Positions 19,312 through 27,896 of a stretch of 64,000 nucleotides of DNA are shown here, piece by piece. Source of the DNA: an uncultured Gammaproteobacteria bacterium (GTDB taxonomy: Bacteria > Patescibacteriota > Microgenomatia > JALYQM01); assembly GCA_964535655.1 (NCBI GenBank), contig CAZHTP010000003.1, positions 1,186 to 65,185 of the forward strand, written 5' to 3'. The notes beneath the pieces were generated by a model. It was not told the DNA's origin and did not search any database. It saw only the letters and a program-made list of their open reading frames with translations. Both the position numbers and the translations under genes were made by a program. How positions within the stretch are numbered: position 1 is the first letter of the stretch; every line of letters starts with the position of its first letter.

Positions 19312-19986
19312 TTAATTTGACTTAACAAAATTACATCTTAAAACTACTCTTACGCCTGTATTTTCCTGTTTTACATCTTCAGATAATTCTTCCTCCAAGG
19401 TAAAGTTATTTTGTGCCATAATTTTATAAAATAGTTCTTTAGGGAGCAATGTCATTGGTAACCCCTCTTTAGTGATGTATGAGTACTCTTCTCCTGCGAC
19501 CGCTTCATAGGTAGGATCTAACTCTTTGTTAGTAAAGATATTGAGACATACTATCGCCCCAGTTTTTGTAACCCGAGATAGTTCTTTTAAGGCACTTTCA
19601 TATTGATCCAATGTTGCTGCCTGATGGAGTACACCGGTCGTTACTACAACGTCGAAAAAATTGTCGTTGAAAGGAATATGAAGAATGGTTCCCTCTTTTA
19701 TTCTGTTTTCCATTTCATTAGTAGGAATATAATTTTGAACACGCTTTTTTGTTGCAGCGATCATCGCAGGGTTTATATCACAAGCATATGTCTCGAATCC
19801 CATACTGCATAACATTTCAGTATGTCTTCCACCACCACATCCTAAGTCTAATGCCTTCAGTTCACTGGTATCTTTTACTTGAGATAATCTATTTACTATC
19901 TTAGGATCTGCTGGTTTTGACTCGAAATATTCAACAATTTTATCGTCGTTCCAAAACTTTTTTTCTGACTGGGTAGTATCATTCAT
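19312..19986 (-). CDS. Class I SAM-dependent methyltransferase
   Basis: ALDLGCGGGRH, IPFNDNFFDVV, ELSRVTKTG motifs. Confidence 0.9.
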   Translation of the reverse strand: MNDTTQSEKKFWNDDKIVEYFESKPADPKIVNRLSQVKDTSELKALDLGCGGGRHTEMLCSMGFETYACDINPAMIAATKKRVQNYIPTNEMENRIKEGTILHIPFNDNFFDVVVTTGVLHQAATLDQYESALKELSRVTKTGAIVCLNIFTNKELDPTYEAVAGEEYSYITKEGLPMTLLPKELFYKIMAQNNFTLEEELSEDVKQENTGVRVVLRCNFVKSN

Positions 19987-19989
19987 ATA

Positions 19990-21087
19990 TTATTGCTCCA
20001 CTATTTCATAACGGCTGTTATGGATTTCTGTTATTAATGTCTTCATATTATTCTCTTTGAATACCCTTTCGCACTCCTCCGGGTTCTTAGTGATGGCAAA
20101 CATTCCAGGACCAACTGAGGACACGGTTAATACGTCTGCAATTCCTTTTTCCTTAAGAATGGCGACTTTATTTGCCAAATCTACCATAGGTGGATAAACA
20201 AAAGAGCAATTCTCGATACTGCCCATATGGTAGCGGTAATCGAAAATTAGATCACCGATTACTTTTAAGTCGCCTTCTTCCATAGCAGGTAAGCACTCAT
20301 GGAATAATCTATATGCTATGGTAGGACCATATTTTTTGCCGCACTCCATAAATTTATGTAGGTTTTTTATCTCTTCGTCCATTAAATATTTTGAATCTGG
20401 ATATGTGAAGTCTTCAGGAATTCCGATAACAACCTTATACTCGTCGCTGATATTCATTGTTTTGACAACCGTATTTTCTCCTGCTATTATTACCAACCCG
20501 CCTTCATACATTCCACAAGCAGCTGATCCACCAATACATTGAACTGGATTTATCAAATTATCGTCTCCGTCAATTTCCTCGCCATGATTCTGCGCCATAT
20601 ATCTTACTAAATATTTATCACTTACGGGCTTACCGTAAAGCTCGTTTATTGCGCATGCTACACCTGCAATAGTTGCGCTACTCGATCCAAGTCCACAATG
20701 CCTCAAATTAACTTTATCCTCAACATTGATGTAAAGTCCGTCTGTGAAGCCTAACGCTTTTCTCATTATTTCAGCTGAATGCCTTATCAATGTGGACCGT
20801 TTTGATGTAGGTGAAATTTCAGTAGAACCTTTTTTGTCTGTTATGTTAACTTTTATTGTTTTAAAAATTTTTACACAGAAATCTATTTGACCTGGGGTAT
20901 ATCTCAAATTATTATTCTCTGCGATCTTACTAGGATCAATCGCCATGGCTTCTAACCGACTCGGATACTTAATTATAATTTTATCTTTCTCTCTTTTGAT
21001 CTTCAAATCTTTTTGTTCAAGGTTGTTAAATACAGTGCCTACGTCAAAAGGAGTAAAGTTTGTTTTTGATGAATTAGTGTCTGACAT
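19990..21087 (-). CDS. GHMP-fold protein resembling beta-RFAP synthase (putative C-glycoside synthase)
   Basis: YPSRLEAMAID, RHCGLGSSS, GMYEGGLVIIAG, SSVGPG parallel RFAP synthase motifs (PSRxH..ID, HxGLGS, xGGFxxxxG, SSxGP). Confidence 0.65.
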   Translation of the reverse strand: MSDTNSSKTNFTPFDVGTVFNNLEQKDLKIKREKDKIIIKYPSRLEAMAIDPSKIAENNNLRYTPGQIDFCVKIFKTIKVNITDKKGSTEISPTSKRSTLIRHSAEIMRKALGFTDGLYINVEDKVNLRHCGLGSSSATIAGVACAINELYGKPVSDKYLVRYMAQNHGEEIDGDDNLINPVQCIGGSAACGMYEGGLVIIAGENTVVKTMNISDEYKVVIGIPEDFTYPDSKYLMDEEIKNLHKFMECGKKYGPTIAYRLFHECLPAMEEGDLKVIGDLIFDYRYHMGSIENCSFVYPPMVDLANKVAILKEKGIADVLTVSSVGPGMFAITKNPEECERVFKENNMKTLITEIHNSRYEIVEQ

Positions 21088-21129
21088 TTGTATATCTTAT
21101 GGTGATAATATATAATGCGTTTTATTGTA

Positions 21130-21144
21130 CCATAATGGCGCCAT
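21130..21144. promoter_or_regulatory. Candidate operator in the divergent GHMP/kinase promoter
   Basis: CCATAATGGCGCCAT containing palindrome ATGGCGCCAT; 14/15 match to 25113-25127. Confidence 0.6.
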
Positions 21145-21147
21145 CAT

Positions 21148-21768
21148 ATGATAGTATTAACAGGATATAGAGCTGCTGGAAAAACAACGGTAGGGAATAT
21201 ATTGGATAATAAAGGTTACTGGTTATTCGATGTTGGCCCCTATTGGCGTAGTTTGCGTGATAATGAAGCCCCGCATCTAGATGCTGGGCAGTTTTTTTCA
21301 CTTAAAAGAAGTGAAACTAGAAATATTCACTGGGAAGATGACATGGCTGTGGAACATCTGAAGGCAGAATATGCTGCTGGTCGACTTCTTAGTAAAGATC
21401 TTGTTATCTCCGGCTACCGTAACCCCACTAGTTTAGACTATTTGCTCTCCGCCATAAGACCCCATATTTTTCCGAATAAAAGAATATCTATATGGTATGT
21501 ACATTGCGATTTTCAGACCGCATTAACTAGATATAGAGATAGAGACGGCAATAATATAACTGCAGAACAACTCATTCAACATTATAGATATGAAGATGAA
21601 ATGGGTATAGAAAAGTTACGGAATCAAGCAGACGTATTCCTAGATAATTCATCAGACTTGGATAGGTTAAAAGTTCAAATTGATACTGAACTAAAGAGAT
21701 TACTTGAATTAAATGTGGAAGGCGCTATATTGAGTGAGGGATCTCAAGCATTTAAGGAGCGTGCATAA
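21148..21768 (+). CDS. P-loop nucleoside/nucleotide kinase (dephospho-CoA kinase/AAA_17-like)
   Basis: N-terminal IVLTGYRAAGKTT; LVISGYR, RYRDRD, ADVFLDN. Confidence 0.75.
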   Translation: MIVLTGYRAAGKTTVGNILDNKGYWLFDVGPYWRSLRDNEAPHLDAGQFFSLKRSETRNIHWEDDMAVEHLKAEYAAGRLLSKDLVISGYRNPTSLDYLLSAIRPHIFPNKRISIWYVHCDFQTALTRYRDRDGNNITAEQLIQHYRYEDEMGIEKLRNQADVFLDNSSDLDRLKVQIDTELKRLLELNVEGAILSEGSQAFKERA

Positions 21769-22313
21769 GCAGAGTACCATTGAGCAAAATCTTCGTACGC
21801 AATACTGTGTGCCGCAACAGGTACACCTTCGTTATGCAGCTCTGCAATTGATTTGCCGTCAGGTGTTAGACTGATAACTGTATCTGAGTTTTTTCCCCGA
21901 CCTCTTTTCTCAAAAAGTATTTTACCTATAACTTCATCTCTAAAAATCCTATGTCCAGTGGAATCGATGAAACAGATTAAATTTTCAAGAATTATTCTTC
22001 GGTCGGAATGTCCAGACATTAGATTAATAAAGTCTTCAGGGCCTAACCAATCATTCATTTCCCTCATGTAAGGTCCAGGGAATCCTTTTAAAGCGGGAAT
22101 ATTCCAGCCCGAATTATTTACTATCAACCTTCGTTGGACTATGCCATAGGCCTTTTGTGCTTTATCTATTGCGGCTTCTTCTAAGGAGAGTCTTCTTAAT
22201 TCGGGGATATCAATTTGGACTGCTTCGAACTCAATTGCATGAGGTTGAAAATGCTCTTTTGCTTTTAAGATCTTATCTTGATTTCCTGTTATATATAGCA
22301 ATCTGTCACTCAT
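21744..22313 (-). CDS. Ham1/ITPase-family non-canonical NTP pyrophosphatase paralogue 2 (degenerate motifs)
   Basis: ITGNQDKI, IPALKGFPGPY; NNSG in place of DDSG; no FGYDPIF or SHR. Confidence 0.8.
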   Translation of the reverse strand: MSDRLLYITGNQDKILKAKEHFQPHAIEFEAVQIDIPELRRLSLEEAAIDKAQKAYGIVQRRLIVNNSGWNIPALKGFPGPYMREMNDWLGPEDFINLMSGHSDRRIILENLICFIDSTGHRIFRDEVIGKILFEKRGRGKNSDTVISLTPDGKSIAELHNEGVPVAAHSIAYEDFAQWYSAYARSLNA

Positions 22314-22314
22314 A

Positions 22315-22878
22315 CTACTTGTTCGCTTGTACCCACAAAGCAAATTCTTTCCAAAGATTATTTTTAGTATCCCTTTTAATATTCATTTCTCTCATTTGGG
22401 CAATTGTATATTTCTCCGTAACAAATGTAATAATTTTATCCGAAGGTTCACCATTCTCACCGTGTTCTTCCTTTAGTATTTCGCCTTCTTGATCGTCAAC
22501 AAATGTCTTTGTCTTTTTACCATCTATATAAACAAGTAGTTGTCTGAATATAATTCTTCTATCAGTTTTATCTTGCATAAGATTTAAAAAATCCTTAGGC
22601 GTGAACCACTTATTTATGAATTTCATATAAGGACCAGGAAATCCGTTTAACGCTGGTATGATCCATCCGGCGTCATTGATGAAAAGAGGCTTTTTAATTA
22701 TTTCAAAAGCTTTTTGTGCCTTGTCTAATGCGATATCCTCTATAGAATCGGATTGTATTTCATCAACTTTCTCTGACTGTTGCACAAGATCAATGTTATA
22801 TGCTTTGAGCACTTCTTTTGCATGCTCAAATTTTGATTTATTGCCGGTTATGTATAAAAGCGATTGAACATCATCCAT
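22315..22878 (-). CDS. Ham1/ITPase-family non-canonical NTP pyrophosphatase paralogue 1
   Basis: ITGNKSKF, DEIQS, INDAGW, IPALNGFPGPYMK. Confidence 0.82.
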   Translation of the reverse strand: MDDVQSLLYITGNKSKFEHAKEVLKAYNIDLVQQSEKVDEIQSDSIEDIALDKAQKAFEIIKKPLFINDAGWIIPALNGFPGPYMKFINKWFTPKDFLNLMQDKTDRRIIFRQLLVYIDGKKTKTFVDDQEGEILKEEHGENGEPSDKIITFVTEKYTIAQMREMNIKRDTKNNLWKEFALWVQANK

Positions 22879-22891
22879 ATATTTTCCCGTT

Positions 22892-23995
22892 TTATTCTTT
22901 CCGTTCTAGAACTCTAAATGATTGATAAAAGGTTTTTGATCTTTCTCTAAGATCCAATAGCATTTTATCATAACTGAATGTGCCATCTGGACGAAGCCCT
23001 CTATTATTTGAACGTATGTGAGTAGAAACTGCACTGTTATGAAAGCTTCTCCATTGCCACATCCCTTTATATACCTTGAATAACTCATCTTTTACTGCTG
23101 CAGTCTGTTCATCATTTGGTTCCTTTAAAAACCGGTCGGCAAGCGAGTCAGGCTGAGTGTGTTCTATCTCCTGTAATAAGGCTCTCTTTGAATTTGGAAG
23201 GTGCGGATAAATCTTGTTATGTAGATGCAGAGCATAATCAGCATCAATTCCGTACAATAACGCATCCGTGAGCGATATATTTATATCAGCAGATTGAGAT
23301 TTGGGAATTAAAGTCGTAGGGTTACCATGTTTATCAATCCATATAGTATCTCCCACTTCAAAAGGACTTGCAAAAATAGCTGTATCTATAAAATAACTAG
23401 GAGCAACCTTACCTCTTACTTCGAGCATTAATCTGGCAATGATTTCCATACTTTGTGCAGCTGTTTGCGCTCTTTCTCTCTGGACTGATTCTCCCCATCT
23501 TTCTTCTCCCAAAAGCCCTTGTATCGCACTTATAGCTTTTCTGAATTCGCGCACAAATTCTCCGTTATAGTAGATAAACCTTCTTTCGTCATCAGTACCT
23601 ACAAACGTTCTGGCGTCTTTCCCCGGTGGATTTAATTCTGTAAATGAATAGTACGTATCCCGTGGCGGGAGTCCAGTGCATTTTCCAAGCACAACAAGTT
23701 GTCTCACAAGTGCTGGCAATTGCTCATTTAAGTTTATACCTTTTACTGCTAATGAGCTTGCAAACATGCCAAGATCTCCAAGCGCTAGAGCAGCTCTATC
23801 TTCTGAATGGGCTGCTACCCCTCCTATAACGTCATCTGAAGGCAATAATTGCATACCCCGTCGTATTAGATCTGTTACGTCTACAGAAGCAGTATTGAAA
23901 ACGTGTAGTTCTTCAACCACGAAATGACTAAATGCTCCTAGAGGATATCGACTCTCATTATTTACAACTTCTGTAGCTCGTTGTTCTGGTAACAT
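22892..23995 (-). CDS. Divergent PrnB-family (IDO-like heme) protein
   Basis: DLGMFASSL, TGLPPRDT, NP...RTFVG..DE, WRSFH; paralogue of 24006-25106 lacking GPGG and GSGG loops. Confidence 0.65.
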   Translation of the reverse strand: MLPEQRATEVVNNESRYPLGAFSHFVVEELHVFNTASVDVTDLIRRGMQLLPSDDVIGGVAAHSEDRAALALGDLGMFASSLAVKGINLNEQLPALVRQLVVLGKCTGLPPRDTYYSFTELNPPGKDARTFVGTDDERRFIYYNGEFVREFRKAISAIQGLLGEERWGESVQRERAQTAAQSMEIIARLMLEVRGKVAPSYFIDTAIFASPFEVGDTIWIDKHGNPTTLIPKSQSADINISLTDALLYGIDADYALHLHNKIYPHLPNSKRALLQEIEHTQPDSLADRFLKEPNDEQTAAVKDELFKVYKGMWQWRSFHNSAVSTHIRSNNRGLRPDGTFSYDKMLLDLRERSKTFYQSFRVLERKE

Positions 23996-24005
23996 TTTAC
24001 CGCCT

Positions 24006-25106
24006 TTATGCGCTTTGTTGGACTCTGCGCCGTGATACACTTGTTAAATCTATAAGCCTTTGTAATATATCTGTTGTATATCCTCCACTGCCCAAGGAAC
24101 CTTCCTGTCTAATTGCCATATTATCATCCGCTACTTTCTTATGAGGAAATCGAAACTTTTGGATTGTATTGAGTAGATTTACTAATGCAGACACGCCAGG
24201 TATAGGTTCTCCTGATGCCGTTCGAGTTGCTCTCAGCTCTTCCTCTACTTTATTCAGAATTGACGCAGATCCTCTTTTACTCTCGGCAATCTGCCGTAAC
24301 TCCGGAGGTAAGTACTGAAGATTATCGTAAAAATAATGAGTATACTCAGGACTATCTATTATTGAGGATCCCCATAACAAATAATCAACGAGAATGACTG
24401 GCATTTGAGCACCCCCAGGACCTACATACTCTTTTCCTCCTATTACAAAAGTTGGAAAATAAGGACGTAATTCATAGGTAAAGACCTGCGGAGTAATTTT
24501 TCTTCGAACTTCAACTATTGAGCCGACCATGTTACTAAATCTTTCTTCCGCTTGCTTTACTTCATACGCGAATTGCTCATCATGGATCGATAAAGTAGAA
24601 GCTCTTACCAATGCTTCGATACTATGTGGCAACTCCTGCATTCCCAATCTAAAACTATCAATAAATATTCTTTCTTCTGGCTGGTCCGTGAAGAGCCTCA
24701 TTCTCGCGCCTTTAGGATTTCTGGGACCATACGTAAAGACTGTATCTCTTGGGACTTCATCTGTGCGCAATCCTAGTTCAATCAATTGATCTTCCAATCC
24801 TGGAACTGTCCTCGGATCTATACCGTGCGTTGCAATCGATCCTGCAAGGAACCCGAGATCGCGTAGGGATGCTCTTGCACTTAATATATCAATGCTTGTT
24901 AGTTGTTTGGACTTTAATACAAATTGAACGGTATTTGCGAATAAAGCTTCTATGTCGGCAGATCTGTTGACATTTGGTAATTTATTGCTCAAAAAATCAT
25001 CCGCTCTAAGTGGATCTAGCGCAGCTACTCTTTGGTCATCTTCTGTACATTTAACGTAGGTGTAAGCTTCTTGTGCTGTGGCCGTTTTAATATCTGGACT
25101 TAACAT
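24006..25106 (-). CDS. PrnB-family (monodechloroaminopyrrolnitrin synthase-like) heme-dependent enzyme
   Basis: AALDPL, RDLGFLAGS, VPGLE, PQVFTYELRPYF, YVGPGGAQMP, FRFPH (heme His), GSGGY match PrnB blocks in order. Confidence 0.85.
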   Translation of the reverse strand: MLSPDIKTATAQEAYTYVKCTEDDQRVAALDPLRADDFLSNKLPNVNRSADIEALFANTVQFVLKSKQLTSIDILSARASLRDLGFLAGSIATHGIDPRTVPGLEDQLIELGLRTDEVPRDTVFTYGPRNPKGARMRLFTDQPEERIFIDSFRLGMQELPHSIEALVRASTLSIHDEQFAYEVKQAEERFSNMVGSIVEVRRKITPQVFTYELRPYFPTFVIGGKEYVGPGGAQMPVILVDYLLWGSSIIDSPEYTHYFYDNLQYLPPELRQIAESKRGSASILNKVEEELRATRTASGEPIPGVSALVNLLNTIQKFRFPHKKVADDNMAIRQEGSLGSGGYTTDILQRLIDLTSVSRRRVQQSA

Positions 25107-25112
25107 AATACG

Positions 25113-25127
25113 CCATTATGGCGCCAT
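25113..25127. promoter_or_regulatory. Candidate operator just upstream of the PrnB-like operon
   Basis: CCATTATGGCGCCAT, 7 bp upstream of the start codon at 25106. Confidence 0.6.
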
Positions 25128-25182
25128 TCAAGTATATTACAAGGAGTCCAATTTAGTCAATTAAATATACGGTTGGAGAATA

Positions 25183-25755
25183 CTATGCTTTTTTCATTTC
25201 TATCCATTCCTTAATAATTTTTCTAAGGAATTGAGATTTTGATAGCTCTTGTTTTTTAGATTCAATTTCCAAAAAGTTATTGATTTGTGGAGTAGAAATA
25301 AAATTAAATTTTGCAAATTGTTTACTGCTTATCTTGGTTACTTCACGAGAGAGTATGTCTTCGAGATTCTGGGCGTTATACGAGATAATTTTTATATTAT
25401 CATCCTTATCCATATGAAACGTGAATTGCGATTGTTTTTGAGGATCGGAGATATTTTCATCATAAAGGCAAAGAATAGGTATATGCCAATTTGTGGCTAG
25501 TGTAATTTGTTGTCCTACCCCTATTGAAGGATATGTTATTTCTGCAATTACTAGGTCGCTTTTTTTAATTGATTCTATAGATTTATCGTAAATTTCTTTA
25601 TCGTGGATTTCGCTAGACTCGTACCAATTTAGTGTTTCTTTGTATCCTATCTTTTTTAAGATATTACTAATGTTCTGCAATATCCCACTTTTTTGCCTTG
25701 CTATTGTAGAAGAAGCTGAAATAAAAAAGTTTAAACTGGAAGTATTTGTTTTCAT
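25183..25755 (-). CDS. Nucleoside 2-deoxyribosyltransferase/DNPH1-like domain fused to a C-terminal ribbon-helix-helix (putative regulator)
   Basis: IKKSDLVIAEITYPSIGVGQQI (Gln at the catalytic Glu position); KFNFIST...LSKSQFLRKII RHH pattern. Confidence 0.72.
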   Translation of the reverse strand: MKTNTSSLNFFISASSTIARQKSGILQNISNILKKIGYKETLNWYESSEIHDKEIYDKSIESIKKSDLVIAEITYPSIGVGQQITLATNWHIPILCLYDENISDPQKQSQFTFHMDKDDNIKIISYNAQNLEDILSREVTKISSKQFAKFNFISTPQINNFLEIESKKQELSKSQFLRKIIKEWIEMKKA

Positions 25756-25829
25756 TGGTGCCTATATTATATCTTAATTCTCATTTTAATATAAAGATAA
25801 GCTTAATTTATGGAGCAAATGAATATTGA

Positions 25830-25876
25830 GGAAAATGGTTCCGCATTTCGAGCATGTGGGTTATAATTGGTTCCAG
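25830..25876 (-). repeat. att-like/recombinase-tail repeat, family 1 copy B
   Basis: 38/47 identical to 18723-18769; minus strand reads LEPIITHMLEMRNHFP. Confidence 0.7.
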
Positions 25877-25892
25877 ATACAAATCGTCAAGA

Positions 25893-26046
25893 ACCCATCC
25901 ATTGTTATATTATTATGATATCCTTTTCTCGATACTCCTGACTGGACGTTCGAACCTTTTTAGGAAATATATTTTGCTATTACTCTAAATTCTGTATGAA
26001 TTTGATCTTTTTCGGGAGCATAAAGGACCGCAGCAAGATCACTATC
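25893..26046 (+). repeat. 154-bp direct repeat, copy 2
   Basis: Matches 14163-14316 at an offset of 11730 bp. Confidence 0.92.
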
Positions 26047-26478
26047 TTCCAAAATCCCTCTCGTGTCATTTGCGAATGCAGAATATCCTTGATTATCAGG
26101 TTGTACATCATTGTCGACTTCCACGCATAATACAAAAGATTTGAAATCTACTCCTGCATCATCAGGTTTATCAATAGCATCATCTACCCAATAGTCTTCT
26201 CCATATTTACTCGATAGTTCAGCAGCTTTTTCTTCTCCTATTCCTTCACGAACGGCCATTTCAATAGCTTTTCGTGGATCGAACCCTTCGGCAGTTACTC
26301 TGACGGTAACTGGCTTGATACCATTTTCTTGAAGTATCTCTTTTGCTTTATCAAAAACGTGTCTATCATTTGTTGTAACACTAGAACGAGGTTCAGAATA
26401 TATTAAAGCTGTTTCTATACGATTGAATTTTTTGTTAAGCTCAGGTGCTGGAACTGGTTGACCTTCATTATCATTCAT
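25960..26478 (-). CDS. Hypothetical acidic protein
   Basis: 172-aa ATG ORF; its 3' end is duplicated next to tRNA-His. Confidence 0.65.
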   Translation of the reverse strand: MNDNEGQPVPAPELNKKFNRIETALIYSEPRSSVTTNDRHVFDKAKEILQENGIKPVTVRVTAEGFDPRKAIEMAVREGIGEEKAAELSSKYGEDYWVDDAIDKPDDAGVDFKSFVLCVEVDNDVQPDNQGYSAFANDTRGILEDSDLAAVLYAPEKDQIHTEFRVIAKYIS

Positions 26479-26561
26479 ATATTTAGAAGTTGCTTATAAT
26501 AATGTTGATTTTATTACTAAATAGGGTAATTGGGAATTAGATAAAGTGTACTATATTCTAT

Positions 26562-27041
26562 TTACTCCTCAATGATGAAATTCTCTTTAGGGATAATATA
26601 CTCAGGCAACGATGCTCGAGAGCCAAGTAAGTAGGCATCTAAGCTTGTTGAATTTCTTCTATGCTCTTCCTCTCGACCAAGCATAACCAAGCCATCCCCA
26701 GCAGATACACCAATATTTGATTCGAGGTTACAGTTTCTGAAAATCTTTACATCAACCAAAGGTCCTGATCCCCATGAATCTATTTTATCGAAAATCCAAA
26801 CATCGGTCATAATGTCTATTGATTGAGCTTCTTTATCATCCGATGCTTCGTCCCAGAGTATAACAATATGATAAGTTCCAACATTCAAAAATGAGATATT
26901 TAACTCATATAATTTATTCAAATGATTCTGAATACTATCCTTATCTGTTCTGGTAAGCACCTTCTCTAAGCCTACGCAAGGATAAACAATAAAGGGCTTC
27001 TCTTTAACATGCGTTGTAAACGGTTTGTAGAATCCAGCCAT
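26562..27041 (-). CDS. Hypothetical protein
   Basis: 159-aa ORF starting 3 bp from the stop of the upstream methyltransferase. Confidence 0.65.
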   Translation of the reverse strand: MAGFYKPFTTHVKEKPFIVYPCVGLEKVLTRTDKDSIQNHLNKLYELNISFLNVGTYHIVILWDEASDDKEAQSIDIMTDVWIFDKIDSWGSGPLVDVKIFRNCNLESNIGVSAGDGLVMLGREEEHRRNSTSLDAYLLGSRASLPEYIIPKENFIIEE

Positions 27042-27043
27042 AT

Positions 27044-27682
27044 TTAATTCCTTTCCTGGTGCGATTTCCTTGCTATGGTATAAATTACTTTATCACTCCC
27101 CGAATCTGGGTCTAGAGAGGCTGTCTCTAATTGGTATACAACTTGAAAACCTGCAATTTGCAGGAAAGTACTCAACCTCTCTTTTGTAAAGAAATTGAAG
27201 AACATCTTTTCACTAGGCATAAATCCCTCGTCTATAACTCTGTCGGCCTCCCCACTTTGTGCAATTATTTCAAGATAGCCATTAGGTTTTAGTATTCTAT
27301 TGAACCCAATTAATGTTCTTGGAATATCTTCTGATGGAATATGAATTAACGAATATGCAATAAGTAATCCATCAAAATATTCATTCTCAAAACCGATATC
27401 TCTCATATCACGCTTATAAAACTTGGTCTCAGGAGTCATTTTCTCAGCAATTTTAAGCATCTCATCTGAGTAATCAGTACCGATTACATCAAAGTTCTTA
27501 TTCAACATATATTTTGTGAACTGACCAGGACCGCTTCCAACATCAAGTATTTTTGACTGAGGGGCAAGCTTTTCTAAAAACTTATCGATATATGGTGTAT
27601 CCGTAAGATCTGTGAAATACTGCTCTGTATATATCTTGGCAATTTTTTCATATGTATTAATTGCAATGTTATTTTTATCCAT
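27044..27682 (-). CDS. Class I SAM-dependent methyltransferase
   Basis: ILDVGSGPG, FDGLLIAYSLIHIP, RILKPNG motifs. Confidence 0.9.
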   Translation of the reverse strand: MDKNNIAINTYEKIAKIYTEQYFTDLTDTPYIDKFLEKLAPQSKILDVGSGPGQFTKYMLNKNFDVIGTDYSDEMLKIAEKMTPETKFYKRDMRDIGFENEYFDGLLIAYSLIHIPSEDIPRTLIGFNRILKPNGYLEIIAQSGEADRVIDEGFMPSEKMFFNFFTKERLSTFLQIAGFQVVYQLETASLDPDSGSDKVIYTIARKSHQERN

Positions 27683-27745
27683 ATTAACTTATCTGCATTA
27701 TACTATTATGTGTAAGTTGGGAAAGGATGTTAGTTGAAATTCAAC

Positions 27746-27781
27746 AAATGAGGTTCGAGTTGAGTCCAGCCACTGCCCCCA
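27746..27781 (+). repeat. att-like site ending in a foreign tRNA-His-like 3' end, family 2 copy A
   Basis: GGTTCGAGT..CCAGC-CACTGCC-C-CCA; 26/36 identical to 29901-29936. Confidence 0.65.
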
Positions 27782-27896
27782 ATCCTCCTAAACATATTCC
27801 TTTGTTTGATATAATATCGTCACGATTAAAATCGCATTATTTGATTTAGATGGTGTTATCATCGCTCCTTGCACGCGTTGGTAATACATTAATTTT

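Noticed and set aside
22892-25106. Pyrrolnitrin (prnABCD) cluster
   Set aside because: No flavin halogenases (PrnA/PrnC) or Rieske oxygenase (PrnD) nearby, so the prnB symbol was not assigned
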